Positions 16,101 to 22,740 of a DNA stretch of 26,239 bases are shown piece by piece. Origin of the DNA: a virus (taxonomy: Duplodnaviria; Caudoviricetes). Position 1 is the first letter of the stretch. Every line of letters starts with the position of its first letter. The translations under genes and the position numbers were made by a program. The notes beneath the pieces are model-generated. The model was not told where the DNA came from. It searched no databases and worked only from the letters and a program-made list of their open reading frames with translations. Location of the stretch: IMG/VR virus record IMGVR_UViG_3300044615_000441, positions 1-26,239 of that record. One strand, given 5' to 3'.

Positions 16101-17979
16101 TTCCCTTCGGCAGATCGGGTTCGCCCTGTCCCAGTTCCGCGACGCTTTCGCACTCGCCCGCGAGTCGTTCCGCGACGACCGTCCGATCCTCGACTCGATC
16201 GGCACCCGCGACGACACGAACCAGCGGGCGATCTCGGGTGCCGGGATGCGGCAGTCGCGTCTCTTGCGGCGGGTCGCACCGGCCGAGGGCAGCAGGGCGG
16301 AGGGGATCCTGAACAACATCGGACGGGTCATCAACATCCCGACCCGGTTGTTGCAGGCGGAGGACGAGTTCTTCAAGCAGCTGAACTACCGGGCCGCGTA
16401 CCGGGCCGAGCTGTACTCCGAAGCGATGCGGCGTTTCCCCGGCGATGCCGCCCAGGCCGCCCAGTGGGTCGAGACCACGTTCCAGCGGACCATCCAGGAC
16501 GGGCAGCAGTATGCACAGGGCGTCGTGCTGGCCCGTGCCCAGCAGGCCGCTTCCCGTGCCGTCTCCGACGGCTCGATCGCCCCGGACGGCGTGCCCGAGT
16601 TCGTGGCCCGCTACATGGCGGACACGAACAACTGGGATCCGGCGCTCGGTGCCCTGAGCCGCAGGGCTTTGGAGTTCGCACGCACCGCCACGTTCCAGAC
16701 GCCACTGGAACGGGACTCGGCGAGCTGGTTTAGCCGGGGCGGTTTCCACCTCCAGCGTGCCGCCAACGACCTGCCCGCGTTGCGTTTCCTGTTCCCGTTC
16801 GTCCGCACGCCCACGAACCTCATCAACTTCGCCATCGCCCGCACGCTGCCGGGCAGCATGGTCAACGCCCGCCGGCTGTTCAACCAGACGGCACGGGAAG
16901 CGGCCAACCCGCGGATGCGTGCGGATCTCGCCGGCCGCCTGGCGTTCGCCACCGCATCGACCGGGCTCATCGCGACCTATGCACTGGCGGGAAACATCTC
17001 GGGGAACGGGCCTAAGAACAAGGAAGAGCGGCGGGCCATGGAGCAGGCCGGATGGCAGCCGTACTCGATCCGCGTCGGGGACAAGTGGGTCAGCTACCGC
17101 CGCATGGACCCATTCTCGACGGTCATCGGGCTCGTGGCGGACCTCGTGGAATCCCACCAGTACGACGAGCTACGAAAGGCCGACGAGAACCTGAGCAACG
17201 GCGTCTACACGGTCCTGCTGTCGATCGCCCGGAACATCACGAACAAGTCGTACCTGACCGGAATGACGAACTTCGTCAACGCCTTGAGCAACCCGGACCA
17301 GTATGCGCAGACGGTCGTGAACAACTACGCCGGATCGCTCGTGCCCTTCAGCGGTGCGATGGGGCAGGCCAAGATGGGCGTGGCCGACGACGACGTCATG
17401 CGGGAAGTCCGCACCATGGTGGATGCGGTGCGGAACAAGATCCCCGGACTTGCCGAGGGGCTGGCCCCGCAGCGGAACATCCTCGGGGACCCGGTCAAGC
17501 GGCCCCGTGCCGGTGGGGTCGGGATCGACCTGGTGTCGCCCTTCACCTACACCACGGTCAACTCCGACAAGATCCTCCAGGAGTTCGCCAAGGTCGGCCA
17601 CGGATTCGCCCCTCCCCGCGAGGCCCGGGGGGCGATAGACCTTACGGCATTCAGCCTGTCGTCGGGCCAGCAAGCCTACGACCGCTGGATGGAACTGCAC
17701 GGGGAGGTCCGGATCGGGGGCCGCACCCTGCGGCAATCCCTGGAGCGGCTCATCGCCGATCCCAACTACCAGAAGCTGAGCCCGGCTCCGAGCGACGACT
17801 ACGACTCGCCACGGGTCCGACGGCTCAGGTCCATCATCTCGATGTACCGGGAAGCGGCCTATCGGAAGCTGCTGACCGAGAGCCCCGAGCTGCGCGAGGC
17901 CGAGGGCATCGAGCAGTCGAACCGACGTGCCCTCCGGTCCGGCACCCCGATGGACCAGCTGCAACAACTCGTCCGGTGA
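10165..17979 (+). CDS. Giant internal virion (ejection) protein at the gp16 position; polyvalent protein with two HExxH metallopeptidase-like domains, an ADP-ribosyltransferase-like domain and a further unassigned module
   Basis: 2604 aa between the gp15-like gene and the tail fibre. N-terminal EGRLKNMLEG and C-terminal EYWMNSILSGPLTH, RLLQAEDEFFKQLNYR, FPFVRTPTN and GWQPYSIRVGDKWVSYRRMDPF (LPD38-like region) resemble gp16-position proteins. Internal motifs include HELAH, YHGT...QIKSATGNRGTFDP, HEVWH and IEELQSDWHQ. Confidence 0.85.
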   Translation: MSQFASLVAPSGVRSSSGGMSQDEIQKPDWGAMDYASDAALAIPRGLLGGASDIVNLVGLPFGEQVVDDRFGLMDESESMLGSFVEGASSFSVGFALGGGLGVGAKAAKLTGLTGAVAKAGTWVDDAARVAKFSGNVAKADRYAKYGTAIRKGGKFIEQGVFNSAFADFVSFDGNEQRLSNLVESFPSLQNPVTAYLAAGEDDGEIEGRLKNMLEGLFISGGTEGLFNLIRVTRAGSRAKAVGLDADRAVAEEYGNIRVEQRETLRTIAPNLTDDQADVANLLIDKQGLDRRKLLLAGEDVATEITLAAGASPVGKKGLSHFIQDGTAIVALFSKADISTVVHELAHVARRQLLDPSVSPAISGISEVERLMLEDWAGARNGWNVAADEKYARAIERYVYDGNAPRGMERTFRSLTNWMRNIYRDLEGSSIADAAPKQVKDILGKMLDQGPGVNPKLAQAMGASRAGGAGTLFQTETPEFKQFFDGSKVADPEGKPLVVYHGTASVVDKDGKPARFMSPAYGDGFEEFSEFLPNSHFGTAKAAQHRYSNQSPTAYYGQHTPGLRVYPVYLSIKNPLRVSDAAASEEASLLGEIIRSQKEGKLTEIDLDTARNEGAYKAVEKAGYDGLVYRNLIEDPGNDSWVAFKPEQIKSATGNRGTFDPDNPNILFQDADPVRAMEDAFGIKPEDATAESRVPEGWLETGGTGPARKAQRGVRARGPESMMSQMAMGLRLRTEMTAEDMAFATDLMNRFGMANFENIAMRFKKMNGPAGQYNFFQELLTIARGQNSDHLRTTFVHEVWHAMSTRLDDTTVREMMEDYKKAVNRWSKKLGVKITDLRLPPNAMHPKVKKAFDAGEIDWKTLYSLTNLDEWAVVNLTTATERRLELSKDTESVFGMARKLVADMLLAIKKAFGYGRYEQIAKEWVEGTYRKMPAIEVARATDMERRAFDLAKKPRPTCVTLFQSEDQPRQLGTFYSKLQQTIDSAPQRKMTADQLRGMLKTAGVKDEEMFWSGIDDVLKAGGKVDLDEVRARMTPVTVTETLKDPAKWATYQAERLVVPGGTEQRELLLRFGGTVDPAGFVPRPDDPERLIHPDLTGIEIRRNEEASGFSWSVYRNGGYRGRYLQEQAARLKAIEEAPALFKGPHWDESNVLAHVRFNDRTGPNGEKILFIEELQSDWHQQGREKGYTSDMTVESLADRLKLNEAKTGWMGSRLDVTWDDPSRPNAVSKNFYPQDNWQLSNKEREEWEAGGDSRAALELKIKRQIAEAELKTVRQMMISDAPFKSTDAWTGLAMKRMVAWAAERGYDGIAWTTGKQQSDRYRKLLEENFDRVEVRPHRTDIEGGTAIVVGFKGESQTFSQEFGRKRLPEVLGNKMGNEAMERLTAGEKSVVFKGDSLSLGEGQGYKVHYETILPKQLKEIGKKFGARVGEVDFKERSKAASEMKGMAIEESSIPSEDRVWEGDSPERWMLDAFRYKLDPNYGDKYESQSTYFEADEDAVDFAKQIEFKWIKLFDVNTDDSPVAMGTIDVLAAVITHNGRMYVSDAQFGKYSDLDFESRGLSFAEVQSLDEAKQRLRAEAVSTLGEEVLKTTRQDLGTQPYFPLTKELKESVLSKGLPLFQAEESPYARQTPSSAPDLGKPGGDPDAPINWGRFTTVEETARWMASRRPEVNYRSMTREDFMARATEKANELEGMLERSSADDFRRAVQGGHLSNYDLQQFLEFAEGVRITASRYASDLHASAKRIATGGATDVELANFVALESRSDLLLAATKQNQAAVARALNFKGVTINPRYNRNPRLFPELPTPGSRPAETPAPAPMPMPEAAPRPAEMPAPEAAPRPAETPAPEAAATAPEAAAPPEVAPAPEAVPTPEVDPLTNPEVAARIAREIIEMAGGREAILDRINRIVEIGVADPMRTVRAAREARRGNPLVEYWMNSILSGPLTHAVNLTANTLTAVYLPLERALGAAIMGDRQTAEDSLRQIGFALSQFRDAFALARESFRDDRPILDSIGTRDDTNQRAISGAGMRQSRLLRRVAPAEGSRAEGILNNIGRVINIPTRLLQAEDEFFKQLNYRAAYRAELYSEAMRRFPGDAAQAAQWVETTFQRTIQDGQQYAQGVVLARAQQAASRAVSDGSIAPDGVPEFVARYMADTNNWDPALGALSRRALEFARTATFQTPLERDSASWFSRGGFHLQRAANDLPALRFLFPFVRTPTNLINFAIARTLPGSMVNARRLFNQTAREAANPRMRADLAGRLAFATASTGLIATYALAGNISGNGPKNKEERRAMEQAGWQPYSIRVGDKWVSYRRMDPFSTVIGLVADLVESHQYDELRKADENLSNGVYTVLLSIARNITNKSYLTGMTNFVNALSNPDQYAQTVVNNYAGSLVPFSGAMGQAKMGVADDDVMREVRTMVDAVRNKIPGLAEGLAPQRNILGDPVKRPRAGGVGIDLVSPFTYTTVNSDKILQEFAKVGHGFAPPREARGAIDLTAFSLSSGQQAYDRWMELHGEVRIGGRTLRQSLERLIADPNYQKLSPAPSDDYDSPRVRRLRSIISMYREAAYRKLLTESPELREAEGIEQSNRRALRSGTPMDQLQQLVR
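15592..15792 (+). repeat. Degenerate coding repeat giving a Pro/Ala/Glu-rich linker
   Basis: RPAETPAP...PEAAPRPAEMPAPEAAPRPAETPAPEAA...; 12-aa (36-nt) period in the core, with divergent third codon positions. Confidence 0.8.
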
Positions 17980-17982
17980 CAC

Positions 17983-19632
17983 ATGCCCAAGAGCTACCAA
18001 CAGTCCACGTCCAACGGGACGACCAACTCATTCCCCTGGAGCGAGATCGACGGCTACCTCCAGCTGTCGCACATCAAGGTGTACGTCAACGGGACGTTGC
18101 AGGCGACCTCGGCCTACTCCATTGACGCATCGGCCAGGACGGTCGCGTTCGTCCCCAACGCACCGGCCAGCGGATCGGTGGTGCGGATCCAGCGGGAGAC
18201 CCCGAGCACCGTCGCGGGCCGCGTGGTGGACTTCGTGGACGGGTCCGTGCTGACCGCAGCCGACCTCGATGCGGCCAACCTCCAGACGATTTTCCTGGCA
18301 CAGGAAGCGGCGGACAAGGGCGGCGACGCCTTCCAGAAGAACTCGACCGACACCGCGTGGCTCGGGCAGAACATCCGGATCTCGCAAGTCGCCGCACCGA
18401 CCGCGGGGACCGATGCCGTCACCAAGGACTACGTCGATGCGCTGTCCCTGGCCGGCGGTCTCGGCGGTGCCCCGGTCGCCGATCCGCAAGCGTGGGTGTT
18501 CAGCGGCACCGGGTCGCAGACCGAGTTCACCTTGACCAACCCGACCCCGAACGCCACCCAGGCGAACATGTTCCTCGTCGAGGTAGGCGGTGTCCTTCAG
18601 CACCCCGGTACCAACTACACGATCACCTCGGCAGGCGTCCTCACGTTCACTGGAACGGCACCACCTGCACCAGGGACCAACCAGCCGCCCAACATCCGCG
18701 TCCGCAACTTCGGCATCGCCCGCAGCGTGAACGAGACGGTCACCACGGCGATGTTGCAGCTCTCGGCGGTCACGGCCGACAGGATCGCACCGAATGCGAT
18801 CACGACGGACAAGGTGGCGACGTCCGGCATCGCCGGGACCAAGGTACAAGGCTGGTACTCGTTCACCCCGAGGTTCACGCTGACGTGGTACCCGAACGAC
18901 ATCAGCAGCGGGGCGTCGCCAGTCTGGATGAAGAAGGAACTGCCGCTCGCTACCGGCGTGACGAACCCCTACTTCGTCCAGTACGGACGTGCATTGACCT
19001 TCGGGACCAATCCAAGCAGCCTGACGACGATCGTGTGGGGCCGCATCGCCCTGAACAAGCCGACCGCACCTACGACATCCGTCATCGACGCGACGAAGAT
19101 TCCGGGGTTCTTTAGTGGCTATCCGGCCCAGATCCGCATCGACGGCTTGCCCCAGATACGAGATTCCCAAGGGGGACTGGTCACCATCCCGTTCCACTCC
19201 GCATGGCCGAACACCTGGGCTGGACAGGACACCTATCCGGAAGCGGGGGCTATGGGTGTCGGGCAATGGCTGAACGGTGTCTATCGAGACTTCCAGGCCG
19301 AGACGACTTCCGGTTACAGCGCGCCGCCGTTGCAGGCTTCGGTGAGCCACTGGCACATGTTCCCTGATGGGGGTCTGGTCGGGGGGAATCCGGTTTCCGG
19401 AGGCACGAACGAAGCGAACATCCTGCTTCAGCACACCTTCATCAACCCGGCGTTCAGCGTGTACGCGGGCAGCTCGGGAACCACTCCCTACACCGGGCCG
19501 GGCGGTGCCTCGATCCCCTCATCCGGCCAATACAAGAACTGGATGCCTGCCACGGCTTTGCTCGGGCCTGACTGGGGAGGCCGGAGCTTCATCTGCGACG
19601 TCATGTTCGTCGGCATCTACGGCGGCGGGTAA
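17983..19632 (+). CDS. Tail fibre protein, T7 gp17-like N-terminal adaptor
   Basis: VRIQRETP...VVDFVDGSVLTAADLDAANLQTIFLAQE is the T7 tail-fibre N-terminal signature; DAVTKDYVD motif; divergent C-terminal region. Confidence 0.9.
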   Translation: MPKSYQQSTSNGTTNSFPWSEIDGYLQLSHIKVYVNGTLQATSAYSIDASARTVAFVPNAPASGSVVRIQRETPSTVAGRVVDFVDGSVLTAADLDAANLQTIFLAQEAADKGGDAFQKNSTDTAWLGQNIRISQVAAPTAGTDAVTKDYVDALSLAGGLGGAPVADPQAWVFSGTGSQTEFTLTNPTPNATQANMFLVEVGGVLQHPGTNYTITSAGVLTFTGTAPPAPGTNQPPNIRVRNFGIARSVNETVTTAMLQLSAVTADRIAPNAITTDKVATSGIAGTKVQGWYSFTPRFTLTWYPNDISSGASPVWMKKELPLATGVTNPYFVQYGRALTFGTNPSSLTTIVWGRIALNKPTAPTTSVIDATKIPGFFSGYPAQIRIDGLPQIRDSQGGLVTIPFHSAWPNTWAGQDTYPEAGAMGVGQWLNGVYRDFQAETTSGYSAPPLQASVSHWHMFPDGGLVGGNPVSGGTNEANILLQHTFINPAFSVYAGSSGTTPYTGPGGASIPSSGQYKNWMPATALLGPDWGGRSFICDVMFVGIYGGG

Positions 19633-19644
19633 ACAGGAGCACCC

Positions 19645-19995
19645 ATGTCACTGACCACCGTTTCGGCCGCGATGACGAGCGGCCTGTTGCAGACCGCAAA
19701 CAACCTGGCCGAGCTCGCATCGACCAAGACGTCCGCCAGGACGAACATCGGGGTCGATCCCTCGATCCCCCTGGGCACCGTCATGCTGTGGGCCGGATCC
19801 ACCGTGCCGACCGACTGGGTCCAGTGCAACGGCTCGGGGCTGAGCCAGACGACCTACGCAAGCCTGTATGCGGTCGTGGGCAACACCTTCAACACGGGCT
19901 CCCAGGGACCGAACGACTTCCTGGTCCCGAACCTGACGGCGCTGTCCAGCGGCAACGTCAAGTACATCATCAAGACAGGACCCGCGGTGGCGTGA
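19645..19995 (+). CDS. Small tail-collar-domain protein
   Basis: IPLGTVMLWAGSTVPTDWVQCNG...YASLYAVVGNTF...FLVPNL matches the phage tail collar pattern; AGGAG RBS. Confidence 0.85.
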   Translation: MSLTTVSAAMTSGLLQTANNLAELASTKTSARTNIGVDPSIPLGTVMLWAGSTVPTDWVQCNGSGLSQTTYASLYAVVGNTFNTGSQGPNDFLVPNLTALSSGNVKYIIKTGPAVA

Positions 19996-20213
19996 TGACC
20001 GAAGAAATCCTGTTGGCCATCGGGAGGCTCGAGGGCAAGGTCGATGCCATGCTCGGGATGGTCCGGATGCAGGAAGAGCAACTCCGGATGCACGACGAGC
20101 GGATCCGGGAGCTCGAACACTCCAAGGCGTTCCTCATGGGCATCGCGGCCCTCGCGGGCGGTGCCACGTCCACCGGCGTCACATTGATACTCAAACACTT
20201 CGGGAACCACTGA
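19995..20213 (+). CDS. Small coiled-coil protein with C-terminal TM helix (XhlA-like/holin-like)
   Basis: Starts at a TGATG overlap; MTEEILLAIGRLEGKVD...HDERIRELEHSK followed by hydrophobic AFLMGIAALAGG...VTLIL. Confidence 0.65.
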   Translation: MTEEILLAIGRLEGKVDAMLGMVRMQEEQLRMHDERIRELEHSKAFLMGIAALAGGATSTGVTLILKHFGNH

Positions 20214-20214
20214 C

Positions 20215-22206
20215 ATGCCCCTACAGATCAGACGCGGCACCTCCGGGAGCCTGCCGAGCACCCCCGCCGAGGGGGAGCCGCTCTTCCTGACGGACACCCA
20301 GGAGCTCGCGGTCGGCACCGGATCCAGCCGGGTCCTCATGGCCAAGAAGGACCACACGCACGCGATCGCGGACGTGACCAACCTGCAATCGTCTCTGAAC
20401 ACCAGGATCACCTCGGTCAACGGCCTGACCACGAGCAACGGCGGCGGGGTGGCGCTGACCTTGGACTCACTGTCCGACGTGAACGCAACCACACCGGCCA
20501 ACGGGCAATACCTCCAGTTCGACGGCAGCAACTGGGTGCCGGTATCCGGTTCCGGAGGCAACCTCGATGGATTGTCGGACGTCGTCATCACGAGTCCGGT
20601 CACCAACGGCCAGGTGCTGAAGTACAACGGCACCAACTGGGTGAACGGGACGGACGCCACCGGATGGGGCGGCCTGGATTCCATCACGCTGTCCACCACC
20701 AACAGGCTGCTCGGCTCCCCGGGCGACAAGTCCACGGGTGCGGAAATCGCGTTGGCCAGCCAGCTGGCCATCGGCAAGGTCAGCTCGGTGGACACCCTCG
20801 ACATCGTCCTGGCGTCGTCCTCGGGACTTGAGAAGTCCTCGGGCCTGAAGATCGCTGCAAGCGGCGTCACCTCGGGGATGCTGGCGTCGAATGCCGTGAC
20901 CACGGCGAAGATCAACGCAGCGGCCGTCACCGTGGCCAAGATCTCCGCTACGGGCACGGCCGACAGTACCACGTTCCTGCGAGGGGACGGGGCATGGGCG
21001 GCACCGTCAGGGACCGGGGGCGTCAGCGAGGGCGATAAGGGTGACATCAACGTCACGGCTTCCGGAGCCACCTGGACCATCGACCCCGGCGCCGTCACCT
21101 ACGCGAAGATCCAGAACGTCTCGGCGACCGACAAGATCCTCGGGCGATCCTCCGCCAATGCCGGCATCGTCGAGGAGATCACCTGCACCGCGGCGGGCCG
21201 GGCCCTTCTCGACGACGCCGACGCGGCCGCCCAGCGGACGACCCTTGGCGCTGCGGCGACCTCGCACACCCACGCGGCCTCGGCGATCGACAGCGGAACG
21301 CTGGACATCGCGCGGATCCCCACGGGGACCTCGGGATCCCAGGTTGCCCTGGGTAACCACACGCACGCGGCATCGGCCATCACCAGCGGCACGCTGGCGG
21401 TTGCCAACGGCGGCACCAACTTGAGCACGGCCCCCTCGAACGGGCAGCTGCTGATCGGCAACGGGACCGGGTACACGCTGGCTACCCTCACGCAAGGGTC
21501 GAATGTCACCATCACGAACTCTTCCGGGGCCATCACGATCGGTGCCACGGGTGGGTCGGCGTTCAATCCGGTTACGAAAGTCGAGGTTTACTCCGACTTC
21601 TTGGGTAACAGCACCGTCCCGTGGGCACCATTTACCACCGGCGGCACGGTCGGATTTACCCAACCGGGCGGAGGCCAAAATACCGGTGCTGCAAATATGG
21701 GAACCGGGACCACCGCGACTGGGCGTGCCGCAATCGGCAGTCAACTTCAAACTGCGATCTCGTTGGGAAACGGCGCTGTTACGTTTTCCGCGTCACACTT
21801 CTTAGTGGGCCAGCTGAGCAACTCTACGGAAACGTACATCGAGGAACTTGGATTCCTGGACAGCATATCCGGTGTGTTTCAGAACGCCGTGTACTTCACG
21901 TACACAGACAGCCTGAACGGCAGCCGGTGGCAGTGCATTTGCTCAGACGGGCTGGGCAGCACGACGGTGGACAGCGGCGTGGCGGCGGTCCTAGAGGTGT
22001 ACACACGGTTCGAGATTACGGTGGACGCTACCGGCTCAACTGCGGTGTTCAAGATCGACGGGGCCACCGTCGCCACGATCTCGAACAACATCCCGACTGG
22101 CACCAATAGGACGGGAGTGCTCGTCTCGAAGCGTAAGACCAACGGTACTACGTTGCGTCAAAGCCGTTTGGACTACCTCTACTTCAGTCAGGACGTGAAC
22201 CGATGA
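20215..22206 (+). CDS. Second tail fibre / receptor-binding protein
   Basis: N-terminal LQIRRGT...AEGEPLFLTDTQELAVGTG (Mtd N-terminal-like), two LSDV...NGQ.L..(D/N)G.NWV repeats, three HTHA motifs and a beta-rich C-terminal domain. Confidence 0.85.
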   Translation: MPLQIRRGTSGSLPSTPAEGEPLFLTDTQELAVGTGSSRVLMAKKDHTHAIADVTNLQSSLNTRITSVNGLTTSNGGGVALTLDSLSDVNATTPANGQYLQFDGSNWVPVSGSGGNLDGLSDVVITSPVTNGQVLKYNGTNWVNGTDATGWGGLDSITLSTTNRLLGSPGDKSTGAEIALASQLAIGKVSSVDTLDIVLASSSGLEKSSGLKIAASGVTSGMLASNAVTTAKINAAAVTVAKISATGTADSTTFLRGDGAWAAPSGTGGVSEGDKGDINVTASGATWTIDPGAVTYAKIQNVSATDKILGRSSANAGIVEEITCTAAGRALLDDADAAAQRTTLGAAATSHTHAASAIDSGTLDIARIPTGTSGSQVALGNHTHAASAITSGTLAVANGGTNLSTAPSNGQLLIGNGTGYTLATLTQGSNVTITNSSGAITIGATGGSAFNPVTKVEVYSDFLGNSTVPWAPFTTGGTVGFTQPGGGQNTGAANMGTGTTATGRAAIGSQLQTAISLGNGAVTFSASHFLVGQLSNSTETYIEELGFLDSISGVFQNAVYFTYTDSLNGSRWQCICSDGLGSTTVDSGVAAVLEVYTRFEITVDATGSTAVFKIDGATVATISNNIPTGTNRTGVLVSKRKTNGTTLRQSRLDYLYFSQDVNR

Positions 22207-22514
22207 CTTACGCGATTCTAGACAGCAACAACCGTTGCACCGCTCTCGTGGCTTCGGAACCTTCCAGCGGCTGGGCGTTCGACGCACCCCGGTGGACCTC
22301 GTACGAGTTCCTGAACAGGTTCACCCCGGTCGAACGCAAGTTGATCTGGGCCCGGTCCAAGACCGACGAGGACATCGCCGACTTCCTGATGCTGTCCCAG
22401 GCGGCCCAGGAGGTCGTCTCGGACGACCCCGCGACGATCGCCGGGATGGGCCTGCTGGTCTCCAAGAACATCCTGACGGCCGCCCGCAAGGATGCCATCC
22501 TGGGTGGAACCTGA
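22203..22514 (+). CDS. Hypothetical protein, probable tail-fibre-associated/assembly chaperone
   Basis: ATGA overlap with the fibre stop; EFLNRFTPVER...DDPATIAGMGLLVSKNILTAARKDAIL is a pattern often found after tail fibres. Function is inferred. Confidence 0.6.
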   Translation: MTYAILDSNNRCTALVASEPSSGWAFDAPRWTSYEFLNRFTPVERKLIWARSKTDEDIADFLMLSQAAQEVVSDDPATIAGMGLLVSKNILTAARKDAILGGT

Positions 22515-22515
22515 C

Positions 22516-22740
22516 ATGGACGAGAAGGAACTCCTTGAGAAGCTCCACACCGGGATGATCCGGTGCCTGCTGGAGAAGATCGAGTCCGGGGAAGCCACCG
22601 CGGCCGACCTGGGCGTGGCCCGGCAGCTGCTCAAGGACAACGGGATCGACGTCGCCGCCAGGGCGGGCGGTCCCATCCTGAAGCTGACCGACTCGCTGCC
22701 GTTCGACCCGTCGGAGGACGATGTCGCGAAGTTCGCCTGA
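22516..22740 (+). CDS. terS: Terminase small subunit, T7 gp18-like
   Basis: LEKLH...GEATAADLGVARQLLKDNGID...LPF motif; immediately upstream of TerL. Confidence 0.88.
   Translation: MDEKELLEKLHTGMIRCLLEKIESGEATAADLGVARQLLKDNGIDVAARAGGPILKLTDSLPFDPSEDDVAKFA

Noticed and set aside
10165-17979. Inteins or introns as the explanation for the size of the giant protein
   Set aside because: No C/S-start...HN-C/S/T intein ends or LAGLIDADG motifs at the module borders, and the frame is uninterrupted.
20215-22206. Diversity-generating retroelement target, suggested by the Mtd-like N-terminus
   Set aside because: No reverse transcriptase and no template/variable repeat pair differing at adenines was seen in the window.
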